Positions 25,131-37,845 of a DNA stretch of 64,000 bases are shown here, piece after piece; the stretch's first letter is position 1; each line of letters starts with the position of its first letter. Position numbers and translations under genes: made by a program. Source of the DNA: Camelus dromedarius (lineage: Eukaryota); contig NC_087436.1 of the NCBI RefSeq assembly GCF_036321535.1, forward strand, positions 117,926,001-117,990,000, written 5' to 3'. The notes under the pieces are model-generated. The model had not been told where the DNA came from and did no database searches. It saw only the letters and a list, made by a program, of their open reading frames with translations.

Positions 25131-25288
25131 AATATTAGTGTATAATATCATACTTACTTGCGTGGACTTTGTAACAGAGTAGCTTAAGCTGATATCAAAC
25201 AAAAGTCTTCACTTCCAGGGTTTTTTGATCAGAATTTTTATCAGAATCTAACCATTCTTTTTTTTTTCTTTTGGCTTAAAGCAATAAA

Positions 25289-25334
<46 letters not shown>

Positions 25335-25343
25335 CTGATTGAT
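25289..25343. repeat. (GATT)n tetranucleotide microsatellite in an L1 tail
   Basis: Directly visible; abuts an L1 3' end. Confidence 0.95.
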
Positions 25344-25457
25344 TAATCATAGTTGATTTACAATGTTGTGTTAGTTTCTAGTGTACAGCATAGTGACCTA
25401 GAGATTATACTAAGTGAAGTAAGTCAGACAGAGAAAGACAAATATTATATGATATTA
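25344..25457 (-). mobile_element. Very short L1 with 5' inversion
   Basis: Minus-strand terminus (tagttgatttacaatgttgtgttagtttc...tgtacagcatagtga) joined to plus-strand ctaagtgaagtaagtcagacagagaaagacaaata. Confidence 0.8.
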
Positions 25458-25624
25458 TTCCTTTCTTAAATGAAGGCAGCTGGGGGAAGTTGCAAGGGTC
25501 CAGTGATGGGGAATCTAGAATTGGTTGGAGGCAGTTGAAAAACAGAGGGAGGCAATGATGGTGGGGAGGAAGCGGAGGTAGCTTGGTAGCACCTAAACTT
25601 TATTAAGCACCATATGTATACTTG

Positions 25625-25707
25625 GAACATACTTACATGAGACATTATTTGTTGTTTCTATAAAATACGAGTTTAACTAGGTGTTTTGCATTTAATCTGG
25701 CAGCCCT
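25625..25707. mobile_element. MER53-like hAT fragment
   Basis: ttatttgttgttt...tttaactaggtgttttgcatttaatctggcagcccta. Confidence 0.5.
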
Positions 25708-26194
25708 ATTTCTACCTCAACCTCCTTCGTCACCTGGCTATTTCCTCCTTGTCCTGCTGCTCTCAGCTCAGGTGCAGTTTCCTTAAGGAAAGCTTTCCTG
25801 ACTCCTTGCCCAGGCTGGACCCTCATTATAGCTTCTCCCAGAACTGTACTCCTGCCCCAGAGCCCTTGTCTCCACTTGACTATTCGATGAGCCTCTTTCT
25901 CCTCAAGCAGACAGTGAGTAACTTGACGGCAGGCCCACCCCTGCTTTTGCTCACCCCTCCGTCTCCTCCCACCCCAGCACTGTGACTGGCACGTGGAAGG
26001 GCTATACTAGATAGTTTTGCAGTGAAATAAAGGCTGGTTGAGGAATTTGTCTAAGACCAGCCACTTAGCAAGTAGGAGAATTAGGATCCAAATCTAAGGA
26101 ACAAAGACAAGAGCTGTTTTAAAGGAAAACAGAGACTCTGTAATGTAGCCTTAGGTGTCCCCCAGCTCCTTCTGCAGCCTCTTCTGTGGAAGGC

Positions 26195-26447
26195 AGCTCA
26201 GTGCATCAGGCAGGGCTTTAGAGCAAGACTGCCTGAGACTGAATCCAGGCTTGATTACTGATGATCTGGGTGGCTGTGGGCTGGTCACCTAACCTCTCTG
26301 GGTCTCAGCTTTATCTGCAAAATAATGATAAAAATAGTAATAGCTCTCTTACAGGATTGTTGTGAGGATTAAATGAGTCACTTCCTCTGGAACCCTTAGA
26401 AGAGTGCTGGGCACACTCTCAGCACTCAGTAAATGTGAGCTACTGTT
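26195..26447 (+). mobile_element. MIR, near full length
   Basis: gggctttagagcaagactgcctg...acctaacctctctgggtctcag...ggattgttgtgaggattaaatgag...gcactcagtaaatgtgagctact. Confidence 0.85.
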
Positions 26448-26499
26448 ATGCCATCTCTACCGTGCTTGCTATAGTCCAGCCATACCCACAGAACTCTTT

Positions 26500-26852
26500 C
26501 CTACCTCAGGGCCTTTGCATGTGCTATTTCCTTTGTTGTCAAGTCTTTTTACCTAGCCAGCTCCTTCTATCTCTAATTAAATCCTTTCTTAGAAGGGCCT
26601 TCTCTCCTCCCACCTGACAGTGTTTTGTACTCACCACCACCCCACCCTCACTCCATCCTGTCCTCCAGGAACACTGACCACAATATGCAATAAAATGTGT
26701 ATTTGGTGCCATTATTTAGGGTCTGTTTTCTTCCACAACTCTAAGTTCTGCGAGGGCAGGGACCCCTTGCTTTCTCCCCACGAGACCCGCAGTGGCCAGG
26801 AGGGTGCCAGGCACACAGTGGGTACTCAGCCAGTGTTTGGTGAATGAATACA
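26500..26852 (+). mobile_element. L2 3' fragment
   Basis: cctcagggcctttgcatgtgct...gagggcagggacc...gcacacagtgggtactcag...tgaatgaat. Confidence 0.75.
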
Positions 26853-27265
26853 TGAAGCCCAAACCACCAGCACATGGCAACTGAGAGCACAGAGTGGGGT
26901 GAGGGGAGGGCGATAAAGGGGCCTGGGAAGTAGGGAGCAACTTTGCCTTTAATGGAAACAGAGAGCAGGGGAGGGACCTGGACTCAGTTCAGCTCAGTAA
27001 ATGCCTGTCCTGCCTTCCGCCCTCTGCTGTAGTTCACCCTCATCTGTCAGTCACTCATGCTAGTACATGAAAAACATCTTGGGGGCCAAGTAGCACAGAT
27101 GAAAGCTCTTATGACCTTGAAAGCTATTTCCTCCCATAGTGGCTGCCTTAAGATTTCTGTGTGCATCGAGGGGATGGAGGAAAATCAGGATAACGATCAC
27201 TGCCAGGAATTGCCAATTCAAAAATATACATTATATAAAATAGTCCTTTAAAATCCCACAAAGTT

Positions 27266-27417
27266 GGGGAGGGTATAGCTCAGTAGTAGAGGACATGCCT
27301 AGCATGCATGAGGTCCTGGGTTCAAACCCCTGTACCTCCATTAAAAAACTAAACAAATCCAATTACCACCCCCCAAAATAAAAAATAAAATGTTTAAAAA
27401 AAAAATGAAAAAAAAAA
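27266..27417 (+). mobile_element. tRNA-Ala-derived SINE (Vic-1-like), long form
   Basis: ggggagggtatagctcagtagtagag...gaggtcctgggttcaaacccctgtacctcc, aattaccacccccc and poly-A; TSD cccacaaagt / cccacaaggt. Confidence 0.92.
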
Positions 27418-27429
27418 GCCCCACAAGGT

Positions 27430-27550
27430 ATTTTCCCCCCATTTTTCAGATATGAGTAGTCTTTGAATGGATCAGTGATTTACCCAAAGTCACAGAAAGT
27501 AGCAGGACTGCTGGGATTTGAACCCTTGTCCATCTGGCTCTGAAGCCTAT
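27430..27550 (-). mobile_element. MIR fragment
   Basis: ccccatttttcagatatg...gtgatttacccaaagtcacag...gggatttgaaccc. Confidence 0.7.
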
Positions 27551-28420
27551 GCAATTGCCCCCCCACCCAACAGCCTCCGAAAAGCTGGAACTTGATGTGA
27601 TTGGTCTGGCTACCAGCCCTAGGTCAGCACGAGGCAACAAGGGTGAGAGGGTCTTGGGGTCCGCGCTTGAGTTATTCTAGCTTGATACTCTTTCCTTGAT
27701 TCTTTCACCTATGAGTCATCAATCAACCCATTCATTCAAATGAACTGCACAAGGCAGACACACCCACAGGAAACTGCAGTGAAACATGACTACCTGGGAA
27801 GGTTGACATTGGCGAAGGCTGGCGTTGGGGATATTGACCCTTATGTTGCCAAGGTTCTGGGATTCAGCTACCAAATGAGCCCTTGAATCTCTAGGATGCG
27901 GTCCAACAACGGAGATCCACAGAAGACACTGACTCCTGTTTAACTCCTGGGGCCCCGGGAGCATCTCACCTCTGGTTAATCTGTGTGTCCTCACAGCCTT
28001 AACAAAAAGCAATTGCAGTGTGTGTGTGTGTGCGTGCACGTGCACATGCACTTTAGAAAGAGTGGCCAAGAGGGATTTAATTCAAAACAGGCGTCTCTAG
28101 AAGTACCATATCCCCAATGGACGGAGATGGGGGGTCAATTAATGATGTGAACAAAGAGAAGGTACCAAGTCAAAGGTCATCTGTTCATTCAAGAGACACT
28201 CACTGAGGGATCCTGGGCACCAGCGCATGTGCCCCACAGTCTAGAGGTGGAAGGACAGTAAACAGTGACCATGAAGTGGCCCAGGTGCTGGGAAGGGGTG
28301 GACACAGAGATGGGACCCCCAGGTCTGTGGCTGAAACATCTGTCTCACATCTGTCCTCACTCTGGGTCCTCAGCTCCCTGAGGGCAGGGGACCCCTCCTG
28401 GTCTAATATGTCCCCCCAGG

Positions 28421-29730
28421 CAGGGCCTACTGAATGCAAAATACAAATGAGAGGTCGCTTGTTCAAAAAAAGAGGAAAAAATGCCATCAAAGGTACAAAA
28501 ATATAAAGCTTCTTTTCTTTTGTGGCCTCTTTCTTGAACTCTCATAATGTTTTCAAAAATTTACTATTTAATAGCAATCTAAGTAAATAAAAATAAAAAT
28601 TATTAGCATGACTTTTATCATTTAATTTGGGTGATGCCTATTTTCAATGGAAATCTCAGAGCATTTAACTCCGATGCAGAATCTCAGGATTACAGGTTCA
28701 TAGCTCATACGTGCACACGTGGTTCAGTTTTACCCAAACGGGAACCTGCCCAAAAGTAACTCGCCTGTTCTCATTTCACTTCTTTTTCCTTTTAAATGAA
28801 CTATAGTCTATTTACAACGTTGTGTTAATTTCTGGTGTACATCGTAATGATTCAGTTGTACATATATATATTCCTTTTCATATTCCTTTTTATTATAGGC
28901 CACTACAGGGAATTGAATGTAGTTCCCTTTGATATACAGCAGGACCTTGTTGTTTATCTTTTATATACAGTAGTGTGTATCTGCAAATCTTGAACTCCCA
29001 ATTTATTCCTCCCCACCTCCTTCGCCACTGGTAACCGTAAGTTTGTTTTCTCTGTCCGTGAGTTTGTTTCTGTTTTGTAAATTAATTTATTTGTGTCATT
29101 TCACTTCTTGATGTGCACACACTCCACCAGCACACTCAGTCCTCAGCTCACAGATGAGTGGGGAAGGACGGAAAGGTAAAGAAACGGTGGGTCACTCGAT
29201 CTTTCCTTTCCTTCTGTGTCATTGTTCTCAGCGTGAGATTGGCTGATACAGGGAAGACAGGAGATGGAGGGGATCGGATAGGATTCCTCGGTCATTGGTG
29301 TTTCCTATAACGTCATGGTCTTATTTCCACATTTGACACTAGTTCTGGTTGTAACGAGAAGTGTGGCCTCTGGAGGCTATCGGAGCCCCTCCTACTCAGT
29401 CATAGGTGTAACATTTACCTTGAACTTGCTTTGAGAATCGCTGAACTCCAGCATTGCAGCTCCATGGGAATTCTGTGCTCCTGGGGCCCCGGGAATGCTA
29501 TATGTGGATCGCGTGGCTGGGAATGGCAGACACCCATGTTGCGTGTGTCTCCTTTGCTCACAGGCACTCTCTATGGCCCCACTGGACTCCACTTACGAAA
29601 CACAAGCTCGAAGACAAAATCATTAAGGATTTCAAGATGGTGATAGCAGAGCATTAAACCAAGCTTGGGGTCCTTCTGGGTGTGAGGCCCATGAAATTGC
29701 CCAGATCCCACGTCTGTGAGGCTGGCCCTG
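28421..29730 (-). mobile_element. hAT-Tip100 non-autonomous transposon (MER45B/C-like) interrupted by L1
   Basis: TIRs cagggcc...ggccctg; degenerate 8-bp TSD cccccagg / tccccagc; gatttcaagatggtgatagcagagcattaaaccaagc matches the MER45 terminus. Confidence 0.8.
28785..29095 (-). mobile_element. Short young L1 3' end inserted in MER45
   Basis: L1 3'UTR; exact TSD tcatttcacttctt at 28771-28784 and 29096-29109. Confidence 0.9.
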
Positions 29731-29849
29731 TCCCCAGCGCCTTAGTAAACTTTTGCTGATGAATGAAAATCTTCACCAAGGTACTCATATTTGACTTAGG
29801 GTCCTTGGCCAGATGGAAGTCTCCCAGGCAGAAAAAGGAGGCCAGCAGA

Positions 29850-30285
29850 CGCAGGAGAAGGCATGGCAGGATGGGGCTTGTGGTCGAACTGGCACAGCTC
29901 AAGTGTCTTATGCCAGGGAGGGCGGGGCAGTGACGAGGCTGAATAGGAGAGCTGGAGCCAGGTTGGAAAGGTCTTTGTATTCTAAACTAAGGAAGCTGGA
30001 CCTCTACCGCTGGCAATGGGAAACCACTGAAGATGCTATCAGAACTAGTTTCAGCAAGAGGGATCTTTTGTAGAGCAGACGAGGGGTGGCGGGGAGGGGT
30101 GTGGCAATACACCTGGCGCAGAGGCAATGGGTCTGGACGTGGGTGGGGCTGCAGGACAGGGAGTCGGGGCCCACCTGAGGGAGATTCTGAGCTGCAGTCC
30201 ATGGGGTTGGGTGAGCTTCCCGGTAGAAGTGGGGCGGACAGGTAGAGGCCAAGGATGAGCCTTGGGTTTCTCAGCTGGGCAACTG
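29850..30285 (-). mobile_element. L2 fragments
   Basis: ggagccaggttggaaaggtctttgtat...ggcaatgggaaaccactgaag...aaggatgagccttgggtttctcagctgggcaactggg. Confidence 0.55.
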
Positions 30286-31339
30286 GGTTCTCTAACGTCT
30301 CAACCCAGAAGGCTTAGACATACCGCAGGTCTAGAGACCCCTGAAAATCCCCTCATGACCCACGGCCTGCAAATCCTTCCACTCACCCTGCTCTCCTGCT
30401 GAGGACAAGAGCATTATAGCACAGAACGGAGACCACAGCAGAGACCGTGTTATTTTTAAGAAAGCCCATGGCACAAATAAAAACGCAGTATTTCAAGGCT
30501 TCGCTTATTTGCAGGGAAGAGACCGTGTCAGCCTGAAGTTTCTGGACAGTGAGCCAACCCCTGCTGGCATCTGTAAACACTCCTGGATGTCAAATAATAG
30601 AAGCGCCAGTGTGAAAGGCCCTCATTAGGGTCTTGGCACGAGCACGCCGTGATTTCAGAGGTCCCCCCTGAGCTGTGTGTGCCTCCCTTGAATTCCAAGA
30701 GGAGGATCTGACTGCTTTCAGCTCCCAAGCAGAGCAACTGCTAGAGGAGGTGGAAAGATGTGTTGGTGCCAACAGAATCTTGCTGTTATTGCTATTCATG
30801 TATTAGGCCTGAAGAATCATCCATTATCTTATACTTGCAACCTGAAGCCCCTTATGCTGTCTGATTCTCCTCACACTCCGGGATGGGAACCTGGGCCCAT
30901 TTAATAAATGAGGCTCCTGGAAGCTAGTGACTTGCCTAAGGGCATACCCTGGAAAACACCAGAACTTTCTCCCTGTGCTTCTTGGTCCAAATTCCCATTA
31001 GATCAATGCTTCATTTTCCCACAAAAGTATTCCTATTAGAGAGAGGTTGTCTGGGGGGTTCTAGAGGGAAGTTTATAGTGGTCCCCTCCAACAAGGAAAA
31101 TGTAATTTGAGTCTAGTATTTTATCTTAATTTATACAAACTTTGCATCTCGTGGTATATTATAACAGAGTTTTTTTTTTTTAAACATAGAAGCAATGCAT
31201 TGAGTGTTATATCCAGTAAGATAAGATGCTCTAAGAAGGTCTGCTGCATTTATCCTGTGTCTGAGCCACTGGGTAGGTCCTTGGTGTACTTCATATAGTG
31301 AGGGGAACTGTGTTGCACTATAGCTGCCATTGTGGTCTA

Positions 31340-31760
31340 GGAATAGGAGGAGATGATGGATAAGCTACCCACAATAATGCCGCACAACAAGCAAGCCCAG
31401 GATCTCATCTGCACACAGCAGTAAGCATTTATTTAGTTCACGGATCAGCTGGAGGTTGGCTTATCTTGGCTGTGCTCTGTCATGTGTCCGCTAGCCGGTT
31501 GATCTCAGCAAGGATCATCTGGGTGATGAGGTTCTGGTCCACATGCTTTTCAATCTCCTCCAGGGTCCAGTACATGAACCCAGGCCTACTCTCCTGGCAA
31601 CAGCATGGAAGCCCAATCATGCCATTGGTCAGGTCACACCTGCTAACTTTCCATCGGCCAACGCAAGTCACATGGCTGAACCCAAGGTCAAAGGGTGGGA
31701 AGTATTCTTTCTTGGAGAGCAAAGAACTGAGAAATCACTGGATGAAGGCTCTGGATACGG
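31340..31760 (-). mobile_element. Old MaLR LTR (MLT1J/K-like)
   Basis: ttccatcggccaacgcaagtcacatggctgaacccaaggtcaaagggtgggaagta. Confidence 0.65.
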
Positions 31761-31853
31761 GGAGGGTGAGGAATGAAATTTCCCACAGTGATGAGAGGAC
31801 GGGTCTAGTGCTGCTGTGTCACTCTTACTGACTTGCCCTGGGAATCTAGATTT

Positions 31854-31986
31854 CTTTTTCTTTTTTTTTTTAATTGACGTCTAGTTGATCGACAATATTA
31901 TATAAGTTTCTGGAGTACAACATAGTGATTCAGTTTTAAAGGGCAGACTCTATTCATGGTTATTATGAAATACTGGCTGTATTTCA
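31854..31986 (-). mobile_element. Short L1 3' end
   Basis: Poly-T plus L1 terminus; TSD gggaatctagattt (31840) / gggaatctggattt (31987). Confidence 0.85.
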
Positions 31987-32244
31987 GGGAATCTGGATTT
32001 TAATGGTAGCTCAGCTGTGTGACCTCAGATAAGACCTGTGCCCTCTCTGAACCTCATTTTTCACATCCGTATCATAGGAGCAATCATCCCCTTTTCACAG
32101 GTGTGCCATGAGGATAAAATATGTGATTTTATGAAAAGCAATGAGAGCAGGATGAAGACATTCTTATTAGCGCTCCATTTAATGTTTTCTGAGCTGCTAT
32201 ACTTAGCTCTAAATAAATGTTGACATTAAAAATAATCAAACCAG

Positions 32245-32550
32245 TTATATATATATATTGTCATATTCTTTTTCAGGATACGTTATTACAAGAAATTGAA
32301 TGTAGTTCCCTGTGCTATACAGCAGGACCTTGTTGTTGCTCTATTTTGTATATTGTAGCTTGTATCTGCTCATTCCAAACTCCTAATTTATCCCTCCCCT
32401 CTCCTTTCCCCTTTGGTAACCACAAGTTTGTTTTCTATGTCTGTGGGTCTGCTTCCGTGTTGTAAATAAGTTCATTTGTATCATGTTTTTTAGATTCTAC
32501 ATCCCAGAAACTAACACAGAATTGTGAATCAACAATACTTCAGTAAAAAA
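32245..32550 (+). mobile_element. Short L1 with 5' inversion and 17-bp TSD
   Basis: TSD aaaaataatcaaaccag at 32228-32244 and 32551-32567; antisense segment to about 32502, then sense terminus and poly-A. Confidence 0.9.
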
Positions 32551-34455
32551 AAAAATAATCAAACCAGGTTACCAAATGCTTTGGAACAGGGATACCATTA
32601 TCAAAAATACTGAAAACAGCGGCATCGATAATGAACTTTCACACTCGTGACCACGTGTCCTGGTGTCTCCCACACCGAGACAAAGCTCCTGCTCCAAGCC
32701 ATCGTGTGCTGAAGGAATGAGCCGATCACCAACAATGATCGTGTATTCTAAAAACATTTCTCTGGCTCTGAAATTAGTTTCCAAAGAGGAACTCTAGAAA
32801 AATCTTCAGGTGAGGGAGCCCCCTGGGAGCTGGTCTCACCTGCTTTGAAGAGTAGCTGCTCACCTCCACAGACACATCGAGGAAAGTCTTCTACTGTCCC
32901 CAGCAGACGTGTAAAGCGACAGCGCTTGTCTTTTTGCTGCAGCCAAGTAAAACAATTCTTGGAGCTAAAATCCTTATTTTTATTCTTTATGGCATGGTCA
33001 AGCCCTAAGCCTTGATTATCTTAAGAAAGAGAAATCTGCATTTTATGGAGGACCATAGATGTGCCGGCAATGCCACATACATCAAGTTCCCCAGTTCTTG
33101 CTACCTGTTAGCATCCACGATTTGCATCTGGGGCTCGGAGCACAGAGCGATTGAGGGATCTGAACTCAGGGGCCAGCTTGGGCTGGTTCTGCCTTTTCCT
33201 TCAGCCCACACTGGCATTAAATACTTGCTACTTAATTGCTCTATCGGTGAACAGGATGGAAGAAGATACTGAGGTAATAGTAGTTCGGCAGGAGGCAAAA
33301 CGTGGGAGAAATAGATGTGATCTCCGCCCATACCCCAGCCCGCCGGACAAGGTCTCATTCTCAGCAGGGCTCAGGGCAGGCTCACAGCCATCACGGTGCT
33401 GCCTGGAATAGAACTCTGGAACGGCATTCTCTTTTTCTCAAGCTTAGGATTTTAAACTTGGCCAAGCACGTCCAGAAATTTCCAGGATTCCTCTGGGTTT
33501 GAAAGCACTGATGTCGTCCAAGTCCCTCATTTGCCAGATGAGAAAACCGAGTTCCAAAAATGTGAATGACTTTTAGGGACACTCAGCTAGTGAGTGGCAG
33601 AGTTTGAATTTGATGGAAAGGTCTCTCTGTCTCTGTGTCTCTCTCTCACATGCTCAGCCAAGCCGGGTCAGGGGCGGGGCGGTTGACGTGGGGTACTGAC
33701 AGCTTCTTACGGTGACGGACCAGGCCACCACCAGTGCCCACGATCGCCCTCAGCCTTGCTGGGTGACGCCGAGGAGTTGAAGGCTGAAGGCTGTGAACAC
33801 TTAACACATTTAAACGTCAGCCCTTTAAACCATCCATTTGTGCCACTTTCCATGGGATTGACTCCCCCGCCCCAGGATCCTTACTAGAAGCCCGGCAGCC
33901 CTCCAGAAGCAGCAGGAGGGGCCTGTTTCAGAGCAGTGACACGGTGGACAGCAGAGCTGTCAAAACAGGAAACGGATTTGCGATGGTTGTTTCAGGCTGG
34001 TTGACCGCGTGTGCAAGGGAATCAGCCCGTGACAGGCTGTTTTGGCAGGTTCTGGGCTGCTCGGGGAGGATTTGCACTTCTGTATCAAGTGCTCTGTACC
34101 TTCAGATGGGCCAGACAGCTGCCCCGTTTTGCTTCCTGGAGTGAACGGCTGGGTTGAGCTGATTCCTCCTAATGACCAGCTCTGCATCCTAAGAGAGGGG
34201 GCTCTGGGCTGGAGCACTGCGGGGGGCACCCAGCTTCCCCATTCGCTGCTATGGGATCTCGGGCAACTCACTGAACCTCTCTGTGCCTCAGTTTCCTCCT
34301 CTTGAAATTGGGGACAATAATAGTGGAGATGGAATTTAACTCATAGGTGAACAACTCATCCATGTGTCTTAGCACAACTTAAGGCACCTGGTTTAATTCA
34401 CGGTTAAATATTAAGTCATCCACTCATTGGTGGAGACTGAATTCCATAATCTAGA

Positions 34456-34752
34456 ATTATTTATTTATTCATTTATTTTTATTTAAGTATAGTCAGTTAA
34501 CAATGTTGTGTCAATTTCTGGTGTACAGCATAATGTTTCAGTCACACATACACATATTCATTTTCATATTCTTTTTCATGATAGGTTACTACCACATATT
34601 GAGTGTAGCTCCCTGTGCTGTATGAAGAAACTTTTTGTTTATCTGTTTTGCATATAGTAGTTAATATCTGCAAATAGCAAACTCCCAATTTATCCCTCCC
34701 TAACCCTCTCCCCTATGGTAACCATAAGCTTGTTTTCTGTGCTGTGAAACTG
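34456..34752 (-). mobile_element. Short young L1 3' end
   Basis: (TTTA)n tail plus aagtatagtcagttaacaatgttgtgtcaatttctggtgtacagc. Confidence 0.9.
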
Positions 34753-35969
34753 TGTGATCTAAGATTTTGAGCATCGCCAACAGAAGGCACCCGGCGCATA
34801 CTGATGGATCCTCTCACCATTTCTGACCTTGTACCTTCTGACCTTGAAGCCAATGAAAGGGAGCCCTGGCTGCTTTAACTCTGTCCAGGGACATCACCCC
34901 CGAGTTTTTGAACCTGAGCATCCTGACTTTCTTCCCAAAATTATCATCTATCGCTAAGTGGACACCTGCCACAGGCCGGGCATCATGGGGGGCACTTGTA
35001 CACAGGAGCTCATTTTGTTGTAATGACAAATCTATACAGAAATGACACCCAAACTAAAAATTGTCAATGAGTGTTACTTGAACATTCAAGGTGCACTTTG
35101 AGCACTTTACATGTATTATTAACTCTGTTAATTAGGTTTTAGGTCTTACTTCCCCAGTTTTGCAGATGGAGAACACAAGCCTCAGAGAGGTGAGCCGCGA
35201 AGACTGGGCCACAGATTCCCAGACACTGAAGATCTTGGAAGAGCCTGATTTCCTCTGAACAAAAGCAATCACACACACACACTCTCTCACTTCTGCACTA
35301 CTCTGCACAAAAACTCAACCACCTACTGTAGGGCCGGGGTTCCATGGTCTAAAAACCTTGGTCGTCATGCATCTGGAAGCCTGGGCCAGCATCTCGCTTT
35401 CCTGGAGCCCAGCAGGGGCCGTGTAGGGGAGCAAGAGACACCAAAGGTAGCCGAGGCCAGGGCTGGACCCCCCAGGTCGGGGTGAAAGTTTTAAAAGCTG
35501 GATGGCAGTTGGGCCCGCCTTGCTGGTGGTCCTGCATTAGGAGGACCTGGAGGCAGAATCCTGGTTCTCGGGGGCCCAGCAGGCTGCTCTCCATTCACTC
35601 TGCTCATAATGCTCCCATCACCCCTCCTCCCCCTCCCTAGGGAGCAACTCGTCCCTATTCCAGACTCAAGGGGGCTCCTCTTCTGGGGAGTCCTGTTTCT
35701 TCCCTCAAAAGAATGGTTCCCCGGGCTCCCACCTCATCCAGATCTTTCTATCATCAGAGCATCTGCTTAAAGCCTGAGGTCCCCTCCAGACTGAAGGCAC
35801 CCTCTGGGGCATCTCATTTCTGCCCAGCATGGGACAGGATGGGAGATGAAGAAAAGTTGGTTGACTAGTGAGAAAGATGAAGTCTGGGGAGGGGCCAAAG
35901 GGAGTTTTCAACAATCAAACAAGTGGAAGGAAGAGTCATGCAAGAATCTCATCGGACAGCCCAGAAGCC

Positions 35970-36868
35970 TGGGGCTGAGTTGTGTCCCCCCCCAAATTCA
36001 CACGTTGAAGTCCTAAGCCGTGGTGCCTCAGAATGTGAGGTCTTCACAGAGGTGATCAAACTAAGACGGGGTTATTAGAGTAGCCCCAACACAACACGAC
36101 TGGGGGCCTTTATAAAAAGGGGACATCTGGACATAGAGACAGGCACAGAGGGGTGATAATGTGAAGATGCCCAGTGGGAGGATGGCCAAGGACAGAGGCC
36201 TGGAACAGATCTTCCCTCACAGCCCCCAGTCACTGCTGGCTTCTTGATCTCAGACTTCTGGCATCCAGAACTGTGTGACAATTAAATTCTGTTGTTTAAG
36301 GCCCCCATTCTTTTTTATATTAATTTAATTTAATTTTTAAAATTGACGTATAGTTGATTTACAGTGTTGTGTTAGTTTCTGGTATACAGCAAAGTGATTC
36401 AGTTGCATATATATTCTCCTTCATTATAGGTTGTTATAAGCTATTGGATATAGTTCCCTGTACTATACAGCGGGACCTTGTTATTTATCTATTTTATATG
36501 CAGTAGTTTGTATCTGCAAATCCCAAACTCCTAGTTTATCCCTCCCCGCCCCTTTCCCCTTTGGTAACCAGAAGTTTGTTTTCTATATCTATGAGTCTGT
36601 TTCTGCTTTGTAAATAAGTTCATTTGTGTCATTTTTTTTAGATTCCATATATAAGTGAAATCATATGATATTTCTCTTTCTCTGTCTGCTTTACTTCTCT
36701 TAGTATGATAATCTCTAGGTCCATCCATGTTGCTGCAAATGGCATTATTTTATTCTTTTTTATGGCTGAGTGGTATTCCATTGTATACCTTTACCATAAC
36801 TTCTTTATCCATAAGCCCTCCCCCGATTCTGATGGACTTTGTCATGGTGGCCCTCAGAAATTAATACA
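35970..36868 (+). mobile_element. MaLR solo LTR (MLT1B-like) interrupted by L1
   Basis: ttgtgtccccc...aaattcacacgttgaagtcctaa...cttgatctcagacttctggcatccagaactgtg...[L1]...ctttgtcatggtggccctcagaaattaataca. Confidence 0.85.
36310..36811 (-). mobile_element. Young L1 3' end (about 0.5 kb)
   Basis: L1 3'UTR and ORF2 end (the MDGPRDYHTKRSK frame is typical of L1 ends). Confidence 0.92.
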
Positions 36869-37384
36869 GTCATTGAAGTAACTTGCTTATTGTCACAGGC
36901 CCACTGGTGGCAGAGCCAGGTTGTGAACCCAGATCAGCTTACTCCAAGATTCATTCTGGGTGAAGACTTGCTGATTTCCCCACTCTGTACATCTTTCTGA
37001 CCACTTCTCCCATTTTCCTTTTAGGATAAGAGTTGTTCTTCTGTCTACTCAGCTTCTATCTCCTGGTTCTCCATACAGAGTCCATTAGACCTGGGGAGAA
37101 GGGTGATACTGAAGGAATGTGACTGGAAGCATTAAATCAAATGACAATAACATCTGCTTATCATTTTATGTTGACTAAACTTTTATTGTTAAAAACTATA
37201 AAGCTACATTGACCCTTTCTGTCAGTGATGAAATTTATCTCAGTAACAAAAGCTTGACTGCTCCATTGGACCAAACACGTCTGCGTTCATTCCTTTGCAT
37301 GTAAGCCATGGAGTCCAGTGGACACACAAGGGGGCAGTCAGCAGTCCCTCCAGGCTGGAGGCCCAGCACCCAGCCCGAGATGGT

Positions 37385-37615
37385 TCCGAATGTGGATGAT
37401 TGAAACAGACTGCCTGGGTTCAAGTCCCACCTTCACTGGTGTAATCTCAGACAAGGTGTTTCATCTCCCTATGCCTTAATTTCCTCATTTTAAACATAGG
37501 GACAAAAATACTATCTATTTCTTATATCTCCTTTTTTCCTCCTGTGAAGATTAAGTGAGGTGAGTGGTACACGCACTCAGAAGAGTGTTGGGCATACAGT
37601 AAGTGCTCTATCGCT
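37385..37615 (+). mobile_element. MIR
   Basis: cagactgcctgggttcaagtccc...tgtgaagattaagtgag...catacagtaagtgctc. Confidence 0.8.
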
Positions 37616-37671
37616 GGGGGTTATTGATATACCAATATTATAATCCCAATTATAATATCATCATATATTAT

Positions 37672-37845
37672 AAGATTCCTTTTATTTCTTTTCTAATGCT
37701 GACCATTTTTTAAATTTATTTTTCTTTTTCAGGAGGGGGTAATTAGGTTTATTTATTGATTGATTTAATGGAGGTGCTGGGGATCGAACCCCGGACCTCT
37801 TGCATGCTAAACACACACTCTACCACTGAGCTCTACCCTCCCCCC
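37672..37845 (-). mobile_element. tRNA-Ala-derived SINE, long form, with extra 3' segment
   Basis: SINE body 37706-37845; exact TSD atcatatattat at 37660-37671 and 37847-37858. Confidence 0.9.

Noticed and set aside
33270..33290. let-7-like start TGAGGTAATAG
   Set aside because: Only the seed matches; no complementary arm for a pre-miRNA hairpin was seen.
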